Shown here: piece after piece, positions 29,001 through 43,711 of the stretch | How the letters are laid out: every line of letters starts with the position of its first letter | How positions within the stretch are numbered: position 1 is the stretch's first letter | Origin: Lama guanicoe | Lineage: Eukaryota | Assembly (NCBI GenBank): GCA_013239625.1 | Contig: MU053810.1 | Coordinates: forward strand, 1,063,320-1,127,319 | Reading direction: 5' to 3' | Length of the DNA: 64,000 bases | The notes under the pieces: generated by a model | The model's database searches: none | What the model saw: only the letters and a program-made list of their open reading frames with translations | Told to the model about the DNA's origin: nothing | Translations under genes and position numbers: made by a program

Positions 29001-29846
29001 GTGTGTATATATATACATATATACATACATATATCAATATTAGGCCAAAACAATAAACTGGTATAGGAAAGCTATCTGTTTTTTAGAAGGGGATTTAATT
29101 TAGTGTGACATATTTCTCAAATATTTTGAGGAGAAATTTATACCAAAATATATTATCAATGACCAAATTATTTCAAAATTTGCTTGTGCCCTGCCTGTAT
29201 TTGATAACATAATGTTTCCTTGGGTTGCATTTCATTAATTAGCTTTGGCAAAAGGTGACTGTTTCCAGGACCTTCCTGGTCTTTCTGGGTGTGGCCATTT
29301 CCTGATCTGACTGATCTCTGTTCTAATTATGGCCTTATCTTTGTCCTTCATGCCTCTAGCCTCACTTGCATTATGATGTATAGTCCCCAGTTAGCCTCCA
29401 GATCTGTAGTTTCCACCTGCATAAAAGCAGGTCTTTTTCTCCCTCCCATACTATTACCCCTCATTTTTCAGTCCTCACATGACTAAAAAAAAAAAAAAGT
29501 AGTAAAAATAAAAACCCAGCTTTTGTCTGTAGTCCCCACATGTGATTTACTTTGTTCTAAATATCTGGATCCAACCTTTATATCCACCATTCACAAAACT
29601 TCCTGGTGTACCCTCAGGACTGCAGCTGCCCATCGACAGAAATCCTGTCTATATTCGGCTCAAAAGTGTTGTCATCTGTGGAAAGCAAAATACAGCAAAA
29701 GACAAATGTTTTAAGAGACTTTGAAGATTAACATACAGATTTTAATTTACATTTTCAATATCTATTACCTAACAGAATAGATGATATAGTTTTGATTTAC
29801 TAGCCATGAGTTAGCTCTGTCGGCACAAAGTTTCTCGTGAATAGTT

Positions 29847-30256
29847 TGTCGTGGTCACAGGTCCAGGACCCAGGTCTCCCTCAGGACCAAAGTGCTCCTC
29901 CTCCAGCTGCTGGGAGTGCCGGCAGCTAATGCCTCTCAGATGCTTTTCTCTCTAGAAACTGCCCTTGAGAGAGCTGACTTTCCAAGGTGCCGCCTCTCCT
30001 GGGAGACAGCCCATACCGGCAGAATGGCCAGCGCAGCATCTCAGTGCTTAGAACTCTTGCCTCACTGTAGGACGACTGTGAAGGGCCATCCCTGTGCCTG
30101 GGCTCCCGCTGTGGTTGGCTGAGGCTTCCATGATGACGGTGTCTCAATTCCTTCCTCTGCTCAGTCCTGTTTCTTTCACTCCCCTACAGTTGTTGGTAGG
30201 TTCTGTACCCAAATCTCTGTCTCCGATCTGTTTTAGAGGGAATCTGGCCTCAGACT
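29847..30256 (+). mobile_element. LTR16-family (ERVL) solo LTR
   Basis: ccagctgctgggagtg..ggcagctaa..; cttgcctca..ggac.actgtgaagggcc; ends tagagggaatctggcctcagac, matching recalled LTR16. Confidence 0.7.
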
Positions 30257-32869
30257 ATTTGCAGGAGTCCTGGCCATAAGCCTAGTTCATCATAAGAGCC
30301 CAAAACCAGATTGTGGAAGTTACCCTCCTGTTTTTCCTTTCATCCCCCACTTCTACCAAAGCTTTAGCCATGTAGCTGTGAAACAAAGGAACTAACCATG
30401 GCTAATGTTAGCACTCTCTATGGGCCGGTGTTGTGTTGTATTTTTTGTAATTGCACTAAAACACTAAGAGGAGGGTTCTATTCTTTCCTGGAGAAAATGA
30501 GGATTGTTTAGTAAAATGTTAACATTAGGGAAAATAGGGTGAAAGGCATAAGGGGACTCTTGGTGTTATTTTTGCATCTTTTCTGTCATTCTCAAAATGA
30601 AGCCAAAATAAAGGAATTTGAAAACATTGAGTAGCAGAGCCAGGTTTTTAAGATTTGCACTGTGGCTTCGAAGTTCAAGTTCTTAAATACTAACGTAAAT
30701 CGCCTTTAAAGCAAAAGTTCTCTTGGACTCAAACCAGAGCAAAGTTACATGATTGTATTATGCCTTTTTGCACAGAGTAAAATGGGATGTTTATCCAGAC
30801 AACAGTTCACTAAAATAGTCTGTTATGGATATAAGTTTTATATGAATTATCAGTCTAATATTAGCACTTTGATTATAATTACCTGAAAAACAGGAATCAG
30901 TTTCTCATAATTTTTCACTGTATCAGCCAGAATCAAAAGCACTTAGGCAAGCATGAAGATGAATTTCAGCGAATACAGTTGTGCCAATACCCAAATAAAT
31001 GAATATATGATGCATACTATCTTCCCTCTTGCTTTTTCAGTTGTTTTAAAAATAGAATGGAATGACTCAGGCAATCAGCTTGTCCCCCTGTAATTGAGTT
31101 AACGTCTGAACACCTTGCCATCTTTAAGATGCATGCTGCTTTCTCGTCACAGACCCCCCGTCTTTGGGATGAGGAAGAATTGTTGTGTTCAAATAAGACT
31201 GTTCCATTAAGAAAGCTTTCCAATAAACTGAAAAAAAAAGTTAGTTGGAAACAAATATTCTTCCTACTTATTTCTAGCATGGTGACCCTTCATATTTGCA
31301 GCGTATGTTAAGATGAAAAATTGATTATAGTTAATATGAAGCATAGTGCAATGTAATGAAAAACCAGAGTGTAATGAAAAATGAGAATAATTCTAAAGTC
31401 AATTTGCTTCAGATTGAAGCATTTGGATTAAAATGAATTAGCTTATATTTCATCATGTTTACCAATAATTTATTTTTTTCAATTTGTTCCCTTTTTGGGG
31501 GGCAAAATACCTTTGTCAGAGATTTTCCTTTTTAGTCATAGTCTGATTGCCTGATTAGTCATAGTCTATTATTTTGAGGTGCTTTTTATATGGAATTTTC
31601 TTGTTCTGTTTTTAATAGATACACACGTTAGTTATGCTGTTATGCTGAGTTTATTTTTTGCTGTACGTGTAAAGCAAATATAATTTCCCAACTTTTATTT
31701 TTTTAAACAGTACTTGGGAAGCAACATGATAAAATGAAGTAACATCAAGTCAGGGATTAGAACAACCTGGATTCTAAAGATTAAATTTTTCATTAAGGGA
31801 TCTAGTGAATTTATAGATGTTACTTAATCTTCTAATGACCTAATTTCACATCAGGATAATGAAATGACCTATAAATTATTTCTAATTATAAAATTCTATA
31901 AATTCCATTTTTAATTCACAGTAGACTGCACTTTATTATAATTCTGTTATAAGAGTCACAAAAATGCTTATTAAGAAACTAAAATTTAGTTTTTGTTGTA
32001 TCTTAAAAAAGCTTGTCTTAACTTTTACAATAAGCTACCATGAATTCCAGTTATTTTTGAGCCCCTGAAGTGCATTTAAAATCGTAGTTCATGTTTTTAG
32101 TTTCCATTGAGATAATTCATATTTTACTGATAGGTAACAACAAACTACTATTGTATATTTTAGAGTTGGCCATTACTTCATCTCTTTTTTTATATCAGGA
32201 AAAAGGGCTGATATACTGCCAATACAATGTATTAATTGCCTGAAAGAAATGGATCATAAACAGCAAAATTAACTTTTGAGTATAATCTCCCTGTATAAAT
32301 TTTAGCTTAGTGCAAAGGGAACCATTTTTTAAAAAGTGCTAATTCATGTCCGTTGATAAAGTCAGTGAAATCAGGGCCTCCATGGCCCTGGTACTGTGTC
32401 ACTTGGTGGCGATACAAACATGGACAGTAGATGATCGCTGTCCTTCTGGAGCACACATGCTAAAGGGGACAATGAGACAGAGACACAGAAGCAAATAATT
32501 ACAATAAGCAAGGAGTGACATCTGACTAGGTGTGGTGGTATCGAGGGATGTGTTGTATGACTTAGGTCTTAAAGTGTCTGGAGGCGAGAAGCTGTATCGT
32601 GTTGGGGCTGGGGTCAGGATGAAGGGGTCACAGAGGCCAGTGCCACATACACACAGATGAGAAGTCGCATGCTGATGTGCAGAACCTTTAAGCAGTTCTG
32701 TAAATTCCTGGTGCATAAAGTTCGAGGCTAGGAAGGGTAGACAGAAGCCTGATCAGGGAATGACTCATTTGTCATGGTCATGAATGAGCACATTGACCTG
32801 TGGCTGATGGGCCCCATCGAAGGTTTTAATCAGTTAAGTGAGCCAATCAGAAGTGACTTTTTGTTTCTG

Positions 32870-33183
32870 TTTTTTTTTTTTTTTGCTGTGTCTGGCTTCT
32901 TTCACTTTGTATAATATTTCAAGGTTTATGCATATTGTAGCATGTGTCACTACTACTTTATTACTCTTTATGGATGAATAGTATGTATTCTATTGTATGA
33001 CTATACCACATTTTACTTATTATTGAAGTATAGTCAATGTACAATGTTGTGTTAATTTCTGGTATATAGCTTGGTGATATATATATATATATAAAATACC
33101 TTTTCATATTCTTTTTCTTTATAGGTCATTGCAAATTATTGAATATAATTCCATGTGCTATATATATATAGTAGGACCTTGTT
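32870..33183 (-). mobile_element. Two nested or adjacent L1 3' fragments within an L2 relic
   Basis: tctggcttctttcact..gaatagta..tattctattgtatgactataccacatttt; then attgaagtatagtc..acaatgttgtgttaatttctgg..gtaggaccttgtt. Confidence 0.7.
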
Positions 33184-35726
33184 AGAAGTGACTGTTGGAT
33201 ATACCACTTTGTTGGCTGCAAGGAGGACCTATTTGAAGTAGGGCTTACCATTAAAAATGATAATAAAATGTAAAAATATGTTTGAAAAATGGGTGAAGAT
33301 TGAAGGGAAGGGTCTGGAAATGTAGAAGTAAGTAAATTTAGGAACAGAAAAAGAGGAAAAGAAGATAGCAAAACCATATAAATACAAGTAGACATTGAAT
33401 TGGAATTCGGGAGCAAGGCTGTATAAGGAAGAGAAAGAGCCAGGGAGTTGGCAAAGAAGAAGGAAGCAGAATTTGTCAGCAGTTTAGGTGTGTCATTTGA
33501 AATACTGGGACACATCAATATATTCTGTGCCTCTTTGTGTATTTGATAATCATTTTCCAGGTGGCACGGGGGCAGTGAGGTGTGACATCGAGTGACGTCT
33601 ATAGTTTTAGTTGCAATTAGAAGTCTCGTTTTTCCCTAAAATAGTCAAGTGCTTACTATGTGCTCATCACCGTGTTGGGTGCTGGGTACACTGTTTTGTG
33701 TCCCTCAAGCATCCTCATGTAGCTGGTCCTTAATGTCTCCTAGAAGAGACAAACATTGAAATGTACATATGCAGATATAATTACAAAGTGTGAGGAATTT
33801 TTAAAGGAAAATTGCTTCACATGAGTGATCAAGGAAGGCATCTCTGAGGAAGTAACATCTACAGTGAGGCTTGAAATGGGATTTTTAATTCACAATAATC
33901 ACTGGGTGGATATTATGAGATACTGAACTAGAACAAAGGACAAATGCAGGTTATCATTTGGGTTTAAATGTATGACCTGGTTTTTCTCACTTTCAGTCTA
34001 GATCAGTTTTTGAGAAGTACCCACATAGAAGTAGGGGTCCATTTGGAACTTCGTTTCACAAAGAGAATGGGGGGCATGTGACTATTTTTGTAAAAAAGAC
34101 ATTAAAATACTTAATAAGTATATTAAAATACTTCAGTTCCACTCCTCTTCCTTTAAGTATTATCTTTAATGGTGTGAAGGATTAAAAAAAATTGAGTGTT
34201 GATTGAAAAAAGATAACATTTAAGAGTTTTAGAATTATGCTTGTTAAATGAGAATTTAGTTTTCGCACCTGTGGACCAATTGCTTGAACAGTATTACATT
34301 GTATTCTGTTAGAATCCTATTATACCTTATTGCATCATTTAAAAATAATAAAAGCACAGTTTTCTGAACTTTAAAATCAATAGTTCTAAACCTGCTTCTC
34401 TTTTCTCTCTCTAATATTGACCAGGATTTTTTCAATTAAATGCTTCCTTGTAACCTCCAATCGAATAAGTTCCATATAATTCTTAGGACTGGAGAAATTG
34501 AGAACTATTTTTCCTCATTCATGTAATAGATGAGGTGTGAAATGGGTTATGTGGTCTATGAGTCTTTGGAGGATGCTTTAAAAATAGCATGTGAGTTTGT
34601 AGAGTTTCAAGTAGCAAATTAGTTTCAAATTGATCTACTTTTATCCCTTTTAAAATCCACTTAGGTAAGTTTCAGAAAGACCCTGTTAAGTATTGGAGTG
34701 GGCAAAAAAAACCCCAAAACAACTTGCCCAAATTTTGGCCCTTCTTGTTCATCTAAAATGACATAGAAAAGTAGCAGAAATAACCTTTGTGGTTTGCCAG
34801 CCTTTTAAAAACGATAGAAAGCAAATCAATCTATTATGACCTGAATACTTAAGAGAGGTTTTTTTTTTAGGTTTCCGTCTCTTTCATTCAAGAAGAATAA
34901 GGGAAAGAATTCTGTCTAAATAAAGAAACATGAATGAAACTTTGAATGACCTTACTTCTTCAACCACATCCTTCCTGCTTTGATTTTTCTTTCTTTCTTT
35001 TTTTAATCTCTACCTTCAGTAAAGCAGAAGCCCTGATGGGAAAAGATTTTGTAGGTGGAAAAGCAGCTGGGCTAGCAACAGGGGAGCGGCCATCTCTGAG
35101 AGAGACCCTAGCAAATTACACCAAATTACGCAGTTCAGTACAGGATAAAATGAGGTGCAGGAGGAAAAGGAGGCGACTTTATATAAACATTTCAGTTTAC
35201 ACATACGTGAAGGGGACGTCGTGCTTCCACACATCAAGCATATCAGCCAGGCAGCACCGTCCACTTTCTCTGCTGGGAGACAGTTCTCCGGGCATTTCTT
35301 GTGTTCTGCAGAGTTCAGCCTCTGAACAAAGGGTGCATTACAGACTTTACCCTGAGACGTTTGCTTGCATTCCTGAGTAACTTGTAGCAGTCCTGCTTCT
35401 CTGGTTTCTCCTCCGCCTCCCCCTCCATCCGCCCTCCCCCTCTCCCTCTCATGCACCAGCTAGACTCTCCTGCTGTGGGGGTTCCTCTTCTGTGCTGCAG
35501 CCCAGCACCCGTGCAGCAACACATCTGCACTCAGCATGGTGCCCTGCGGAAAACTGGGGAACCAGTGGAAGGCCTTTCTCTGGCTGATGCATTTTGCTGT
35601 CTCCCTGAATCGGGGATCCTGGGGCTCCTGTCAGCGCATGGATGTGAAACAGTGGGAGGCTGACTTGTTAGCTTGCACATAGGGTGAAGTGTCAGGCCCT
35701 TTGTGATTTCTGACCTAACATGCCTG

Positions 35727-35960
35727 AGGAACTGCGAACTCAAATGCCCACGGGAACCAGGCTGGGGATGTGAATTAGGAAAAGGAGGTCAGGTGTACAA
35801 TAATTAATGGCAGCTGACACCCTGCCTCAGAGTTAGGTGTAAGAGGGAGTAGTGGGGACCGTGGCAACTACAGGACAGTATCTTGGGAAACTTCCTACTT
35901 TGAAAATATTTGGCAGCCTCTTCTACTTGAGAGCACTATTTGGGTCAAACTAACCCCCTG
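35727..35960 (+). mobile_element. MER102-like hAT-Charlie fragment
   Basis: gcgaactcaaatgccca.ggg..ccaggc and agggagtagtggggaccgtggcaac match recalled MER102. Confidence 0.6.
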
Positions 35961-37070
35961 GGTGCTGGGTCATCACCATGTAGCCTCTTCTGTCCTAGAT
36001 GGTGAGAAACTCCAGGCCAGGGAAGACATTTCTCCTTCCTGGTAACCAAGGAAACACTTGGCACAACACCATAGCAGGCACTCATTGAAGAATCTTAAGT
36101 TCTTAGCAGTCCATGTATTGTAGAGCCTGGCACTAAGAAGAAATACAGTAGAATGTGGAAAGAGCAAAAGATTTTGCCATGACTTTTTCACAAATGGAAC
36201 GCAGTCAGATGAGGTAGATGGACATCACACTCTTTTTTAAGTGATCCTTTTATAGTACTTGCTGTACTTACCTGTCCCAGCATTCTATTTCACCTCTACT
36301 AGTATCACAGTTTTATTTTTATTATCCATTTCTGTGCTCAGTGTATGCACGGTTTAGATATGACCTTTATGGCTCCTGTTTAATGATCAGTGGTTCTCAT
36401 ATGTGTGGTATAATAATGGGAAAACTCTATTCTGCGCTTTTTAGCATGTGAAATGGCCAGAGACAGCGAGCTAGAAACATAAAATTTGGCTGTCAAAAAT
36501 CTTGAGTTTTATTTCATGGAGATTGGTTTCAGGATTGTCTAAAAGATTCCAGTGATGATTAAAAGCATTTCTGTTTTAAAGCTAGCAAATATTTTCCTAA
36601 GTATTAGCCTAGAAAGTTTGAGATTCTAAGCTGACTTTCTAGGAGCCCCTAAAATTGTAGGTTATATGGTAAAATATTGCATAGCTATCTGAATATGTTT
36701 ATATTGAGTTTGACTACTTCATCTTTTAGTCCATTGTAAAAATAGGCTGTCAGTCGAGGGAGGCTGATGCGGGGTTCTAGGAGGTGAGTGGCCCAAATGA
36801 AAAAATGCACGAGTAGGTGCCATACCACCGGACAGACTTCAGCCGGAGACACCATGGAGTTAACAACACTTTGTTGCCACAGGGAGGTGCACGTCTGTGA
36901 TGCACCTGTCCTGCTTTTATCTGTTTTTTGTCAACACATGCACAGTCTGAGTTTCTCTGCTCATTAGGCTTACAGAATATCTCTAGCACATGTGTACTTC
37001 TATTTTCTTTGTTCTAAATCTTATATAATTGATGCATGCGTGGAGCAATTATTTACTGCATACTACAAAC

Positions 37071-37160
37071 ATGCTCTGATCGTGGCCTTGGGTCCCAAGG
37101 CCTTAACTCATCTCAATGCTCCGATCGTGGCCTTGGGTTCCACGGCCTTAACTCATCTCA
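37071..37160. repeat. 45-bp tandem duplication (2 copies, 3 mismatches)
   Basis: atgctctgatcgtggccttgggtcccaaggccttaactcatctca / atgctccgatcgtggccttgggttccacggccttaactcatctca. Confidence 0.95.
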
Positions 37161-37467
37161 ACATCAGCTCACATAGGCTTAAAGAGAATGTCATTTTCTT
37201 TGTTTCTGTATTTTTAATTACGGGAATACTAAATGAAAATAAGTGGACACCATTAAGAAGTATAAGGGAAAAGATAAATATTTGCTCTCTGGAAGACTAT
37301 TACTAGAGAGCAAGAGAAGGTTTTTCACAGCTGAACTGAAAAATGCACTGAGATATTCAAGGTATGCTAATTATGAAATGCCATGCACTCTATTAGCCAT
37401 TTAAAAAGCAGTGAAAATAATAGTTGAGATATTGATGACTTATGGCAATAATTATAGAGTAAGTGTG

Positions 37468-38115
37468 TTTTATTTGTTTATTGAGGCATAATTTGTCAGT
37501 GAAATGCATCCTGTTTAGGTGAGCGGCTCTGTGAATTTCAGCAGACTTACACAGTCGTGTGACCACGGCCACAACCAAGGTTAAAGATACTACCATCATC
37601 CCGCCAGACTCCCAGTTCTTCTGGGTCATCTATCCTCTCCCTGTCCCCTCAGCCCCTGGAAACGCTCATCTGATTTCTTTACCTTTTCTAGAATGTTACA
37701 GAAGTGGTTGACAAAGTATGTAACCTTTTGAGTCTGGCTTCTTTCACTTAGTTTCATGCTCTTGAGAGTCACAAATGTTGCTGCATGTATCATTGGTTTG
37801 TTCCTTTTTATTGCTCAGTGGTAGTGCATTGTATACGTCTACCACACATTGCTTTTTTATTTACCAGTTGAGGGATATTTGGATTGTTTTTAGCTTCCGG
37901 AGATCATAAATAAAGCTTCTGTAAACTCTGTAAATTGGATTTTGCTTAGACAAGTCTTTATTTCTCTTGGGTAAGCGAATACCTACGTGAGGGATTGCTG
38001 TGTCATATGAAAGTACATGTTTAATTTTGTAGGAAACGAACAAATCATTTTCCAAAGTGACTGTACCATGTTGAATTCCCATAAGCAAGGCACTGGAGTT
38101 CCAGTTGCTTCACAT
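37468..38115 (-). mobile_element. L1M (L1MB/MC-like) 3' region
   Basis: tttattgaggcataattt...tctggcttctttcacttag...ttttccaaagtgactgtacca...gttccagttgct. Confidence 0.85.
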
Positions 38116-39132
38116 AAGACACATGCTTTTTATAAATTTTAAACAAGAATTCCTAGGTTTCCTTCTTACAAGTCTTTCTGAAGATTCATTATATTAAAAA
38201 TTGATGTATTATGCTGGAATTTTGTATTTTTTTCTGAACATAGGGTGGAAAAAGTAGTTGGCAGGCTAGATTAATTCAGTTTTTTCATATGAGTTAATAG
38301 ACCCTATTTTATTTATATGTATATATTATATGTTTATATGAGTTAATGATATATATTTGGAAATTGAAGTTATTTTGGTAAAAATTATATCATGTCTTAC
38401 ATATATATGATAATAGCTTTCATAACATTTTAAAGTTTGGTGAATAATTCAGTGTTTCCTAAATATAGAAGAAAATCTGTGCAGACATGTCTTCAAAGCC
38501 TTATTAATATTTGAGACTTTGGTTATATTAGAAGTAAAATTTCCAACTTAGTTGACAAGGCCATTCCATCTTTATTTGGAGCACGCAGCAGCCTGTGAAA
38601 AGAACAACTTAGAAGACCTGAATTACTTTATAAAATTTCCCATCCAGTAATAGTTCTAATGTAAGTAGGATTGGCTTCTGCAGATAATGCAGGTCATTTA
38701 GACCAAACTGGAATTTTCAGGTGTCCTTTAAGTCATTCAGTAAGGTGTTAATGAAACTTAGGAGTAAAATTTGGCTTCCCTGACTTCCAAAATGGCAATA
38801 TTGCCTGGCATACTGTAACATTAGTGTTTTAATATCTTTCCATTTATTCTGGGAAAAACACCAAAAGTGAAAGTGAATTTTCCAGAATAGAGACACTTGG
38901 GTTTGCTCTTTTTGTGTATGACTGTTTTCTTTGGTCTGATTTCTTAGGATCCTTTGCAAAGCTTTTTGCAACACTAAATTAAATGTAGGGGGAAAATAGA
39001 ATTATTTTTTTAATGACTGGCTTAATTAAATATTCAAAAGAGACTGGATTGCAATTATATATACATGTTGACATTTTTTAGTATCTCAACTTGAAACTAT
39101 AGTTCATTATTTCTCAAGAATGCTAACATTTA

Positions 39133-39646
39133 TTTTACTGAGTCCATACTCATTCTGCTCGCTGCACAACAGGCCAATAACTCAGGAAACAAGGTGTTGG
39201 GGCAAGGAATAATGACTTTATTTGGAAAGCCGGCAGACTGAGAAGATGGCAGACTAACGTTGTGGAGAACATCTTTCTCAAGTCAGAATTGAGGCTCCTT
39301 TTATACTAAAAAGGGGCAGGGATGTGGTTGTTGCAGACTTCTTGGTGTCTGAATCCTTTGCTCTTGCAGCTGTCCACATAGGTCAGGTCATGATGTTCCT
39401 GTAAGCCTCCAGCAAGACAAACGCTATTCCTTGTTCTGCAACTTTTAGTCTATATGAATGGGAAAGTGTTAATATCCTTAAAGGTCAGAGTCTTGAGAAT
39501 GGGCTCTCCTGTATATTTCAGTCTCTAGGCAACATTCTTTTACAAAATGTGCAGAACCAGCAAGACTAAGCCCAGGAAGCAGAGCACAGGGTTAAAGCCA
39601 AAGGAACAGATCTAATATAGAGTCAGATTTGTTCTTTTCTATTATA
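39133..39646 (-). mobile_element. ERV1-type solo LTR (MER41-like artiodactyl family)
   Basis: About 514 bp with degenerate TG..CA termini, minus-strand AATAAA (tgactttatt, about 39215) and TATA (ttttata, about 39300); well preserved. Confidence 0.65.
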
Positions 39647-41695
39647 TTTGGTGTTAGGAGATCGAAGATACTTTGTTACAAATTATGAATAAATTGTATT
39701 GTAGAGCAAGACCTAACTGTCTTCTGCCTTGGGTTATTTCTGTATCTTCATATTGGCCCTGAATACTGATAGAAGCAATTTCAGAATGTTTGTCATGTGA
39801 TATGAAATTCCAATACAAATGCCCCTTGTGTAGACAGCATCCACTCAGAAATGCAACTGACCTGGTATGACCCATAAATGAGAAAATTCGTAACTTCTAC
39901 AAATGGCCAGTTCTTTAATTTGTGACTATATAAATACAACGAAAAGAATGCTTTGGAACAGTGGAGCCCACACACACTTAAATGGAGCTATGTCTGTGTA
40001 TCAGTCCCTAAAGTTAGCTTACCGATATTTGTATGTACAACAAGTGAGCTTTTCATAGACTTTGGGATTCTGTTATATCAATTTGCTACCCCTTCTCATT
40101 GAATAAACTAAGATAATCTTGATCAGTGTAGCCAAGTCAATAGTTTTTATTGTTATTTACCCTAGTTTTCCTTTTTCTTGCCTCTTCTAGGCCTTTTGTT
40201 GTATTGCAGTGGGGTAGACAAATACTTAGCCAAGGACTGTATTAGTAATTAATTCATCTGTTAGTAGTTAATTCATTCTTGCTTACGCCTTTTTCCTATT
40301 GTTTGCCCAACTTCACTCTTCTTTTTTTGTATAGGAACAAAAGATAATTTATTATGTTCTGCCAAATTCTGACTGCTGGCTTTTTGTTTGTTAGAATAAT
40401 GGTATGATTTTTGTCCTGAGTATTCTTTCTGCATTTTTGTTTTCTCTGTCTGTAATATTTCTTTTAATCACACTGGGAGGGGAAAGAAGGGTGCCTTTTA
40501 TATTTGCAGTGAACCATAATAAAACAGCAGGAGACTCCCTGTTCCTCAGGCAATATGAGATGCTCTATATTTGCCCATTAGTTAAATGCATGAACCTTTT
40601 CCAAATTGATTGATTTTCTTAGTGACAAATCAGGGAGAAAATTCTGGTAGTTCTCAAGAAAAACTAGAAAGTTGGAGAAAGAGTTGAAGAGGCTTAAGGT
40701 CAGTAATTTGACCTTTTAATTATCTTATTTAGTGAGGACATTAATAAGTAATGTGGGAAACAGCTTTTAATAGAGGATAGAATTTGAAAAATGAAATAAA
40801 GTTTCAGCTCCCACTTAGAGCATTTGGGAGGAGAAATGAAATAGAAACATATATTTGTACAACAGTGGGAAAAGGGAATGTGTGTTTGTTTTTCATTTTA
40901 AGCCTGAGTTTGCCCAGTGTTCTTCATTATTAAATTACAGCTGGATTCCTAGTAAGTATGCAACATATTTGCATGAGGATTAAAATAATTCATCATGATT
41001 AATTCTATTACAGCAAATCTCAGCCCTAATCACAATCTGCCACCTACTGTAGTGGCTTGTCAGTATTTCATATTTTACTGGCGTTGTGGTGGGATTGTAG
41101 CTTCTGTAACAGCTCCAATGTCATCTGAGTTCACCATGATTAATGTGGTTCTGAGGGAGATCTAATAATGATTAGCCAGTTTCATAAAGTGCTACAGAAT
41201 AAGGCCGGTGTGAGAACAATTTTAAAGCTCTTCAAAATGTGCATTCTAACCAGTACCTCTGGCAACAGACTGGGTTTCTCGAAGGATGGAGAGGTTTGAC
41301 CTTGGAGACAGGTGAACTCCTGGGGCAGAGGTGGGAAAAGGGGACCATAATTTGCCTTCAGGTACTTAAAGAATCAGAAGAACACAGGGCAAATCTAGAA
41401 TGAATGGCTGAAAATTATAGGGAAGTGGACATCAATCTGACAGTAAAATTTCAAAACATTGAAACTCACCCAAAACAGAATGGACTTCATGGGTTTAATG
41501 GGCCAGATAAGATGTAGGGGCTTCCTGTTACTCAGGTAGAGACAAAGTGCCTACTTAAGGAAATTCTTACGAAGGAATTTCTTAACGATTGAGAAGAGAG
41601 TTTTCTTCAGGTATATTATGAATCCCTTTTCAGCTGTGAGTTTTCATAAATTAATTTCCTTCACAATATCAACAAATTTCTTGTGTTGTTCTTAG

Positions 41696-41914
<219 letters not shown>

Positions 41915-42789
41915 TAACCCTGGAAAAGATTGTTGTGAATTAGTCTTAAAGTCTTTGCACACATAGTAAAGAGGTTTGAATCAGTTGTCTGTATGTCTCA
42001 ACACATGCAGAATATTAGGAAATTGTGTCTGAAGTTAAACTGTATAATTCCATCCTTTTGGGGGTTAGAATAACAAAACTGGTTCCTTTGTCATTACATT
42101 GTTTTGGAGAATTTAATAACCTCTCAGTTACCTTCAGTGATGTTTTACTCTCATCTACGCTTTAAATATCCCTGAGGAGTGTGGCCAGCTACTTCCTCTC
42201 CATATTAGAGATTTCTTTCCATTACAAAATGAATGCATATCTCTATCTTTAAACTTTCCCCCCAAATCCAGACTTACTAGCCACGTACTCAACATCCAAC
42301 TTGGATGTAATAGGCATCTCAGAGATAACTGAGAAATAACCTAAAACAAATGCAGCTCAGGGAGAAGTCATTCCAGGCAGTGCCTGGTGATCTGGTAGGA
42401 ATGAATCTCAAGCCCTTGGGGGGTGATCTTGGGACTGAAGCTGGAGGCTCTTTAATTGCCTGAGAATGATCCTGGAGTGATCAGAAACTGGGTAATTTAT
42501 AAATCAATTGCAGTAATCCATGTGGAGCACACTTTCACGTGCTGAAAACTTAACCTTCAGCCCTGGTGCATCCCCTCAGCGTGACTGGTGAGGAGTACCA
42601 GCCTCTCCCCAGACATAACCAGAGGGCTGGGTTCCAGTTCTTTCAACTGTAGCTACATGACACCGCTCTGACTCTCCGCTCAGCATTCTGGCGGGATTAA
42701 TGACATTAACCACTCTGGGTAGTGTTTCCATGGAACTCTGCAGAAAGCGACACCTCTCTCTCTCTCTCTCTGGAAAGTGAGCAAGAAGG

Positions 42790-43711
42790 AAATCAGAATT
42801 CAACAAGTTTACCCTCATCCTTCAGTGTTTAAAAGTAAATTCTTGATGACCCATTGCCCCCTCAATCCTAAGGTTCTTGCCTGCCTCCCTGTCTCAGTAA
42901 ATGATGGTTTATCTCTAGTTGCTTCTTCTTCACCAACAAATCTGATCAGCCCCTGGCTTCAAGTGTAGCCAGAGTCCCCTGTTTCCCCTCACCTGGGCTG
43001 CTCTCCCCTTGGTCCAGGGCACCATTGTCGGTACACAGACTATTGTGGTAGCTTCATCGATGATCTGTTTGCTTCTCCCCTTGAAGCATGCAATCTGTTC
43101 TCAAAACAGCAGCCAGAAAAATCCCTTTCAAACTGAGCCAAGCTCATGTCACCCTGTCATCAGAGTCTTCCTGTGGTGTCCCATCTCATTCAGAGCAAAA
43201 GTCAGACTTCCTCCCAGGAACTTCCAAGGCGTAAGTGACTGGCCCGCTCGTACCTCTCTGACTTCCCCTCCAGCAGCGTGCCTCTCCTCGACGTCTCTCA
43301 CAACAGGGCCTCTCAGCTGGTCCTTGAGCCCTCCAGCCCATTGGCGCGACGTACCTGTTGTTCTCCCTTCCTGGAGTGGGCTTCCCACACATAGCCACTT
43401 GACTTCCTTCCTTCCTCCTTTCTGATTTCTGCTCAGAAATTTCTTTTTTAGTGAAACCATCCCTCAACCTGTTTCACACGAGTGCATGCACACACACACA
43501 CACGTCTCTTCCATACCTCCTTATCTGACGTTTCCTATCTCATTCACCTATGTTATTTTCTCTACAACATCTATCACCTTATAATCGAATTTGATTTCCC
43601 CCCACAACAGCATTAGCTGCATGAGAACAAGGGTTTTATCTGATCACTGCCATGTCTCCAACAGTATCTGGCACATAGCAGTACTCAGTGAGCATCTTTT
43701 GGATAGATGAA
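42790..43711 (+). mobile_element. L2 relic
   Basis: ccctgtctcagtaaatg...cagcagccaga...ccatctcattcagagcaaaag...ctggcacatagcagtactcag L2 3' end. Confidence 0.75.

Noticed and set aside
34946..35743. Cluster of overlapping ORFs (up to 146 aa) in a GC-richer patch as a retrogene
   Set aside because: No recognisable protein similarity, poly-A tail or TSD; higher GC alone lengthens ORFs.
37071..37160. CRISPR-like palindromic repeat
   Set aside because: Only two directly abutting copies, no spacers, no cas genes, mammalian intron.
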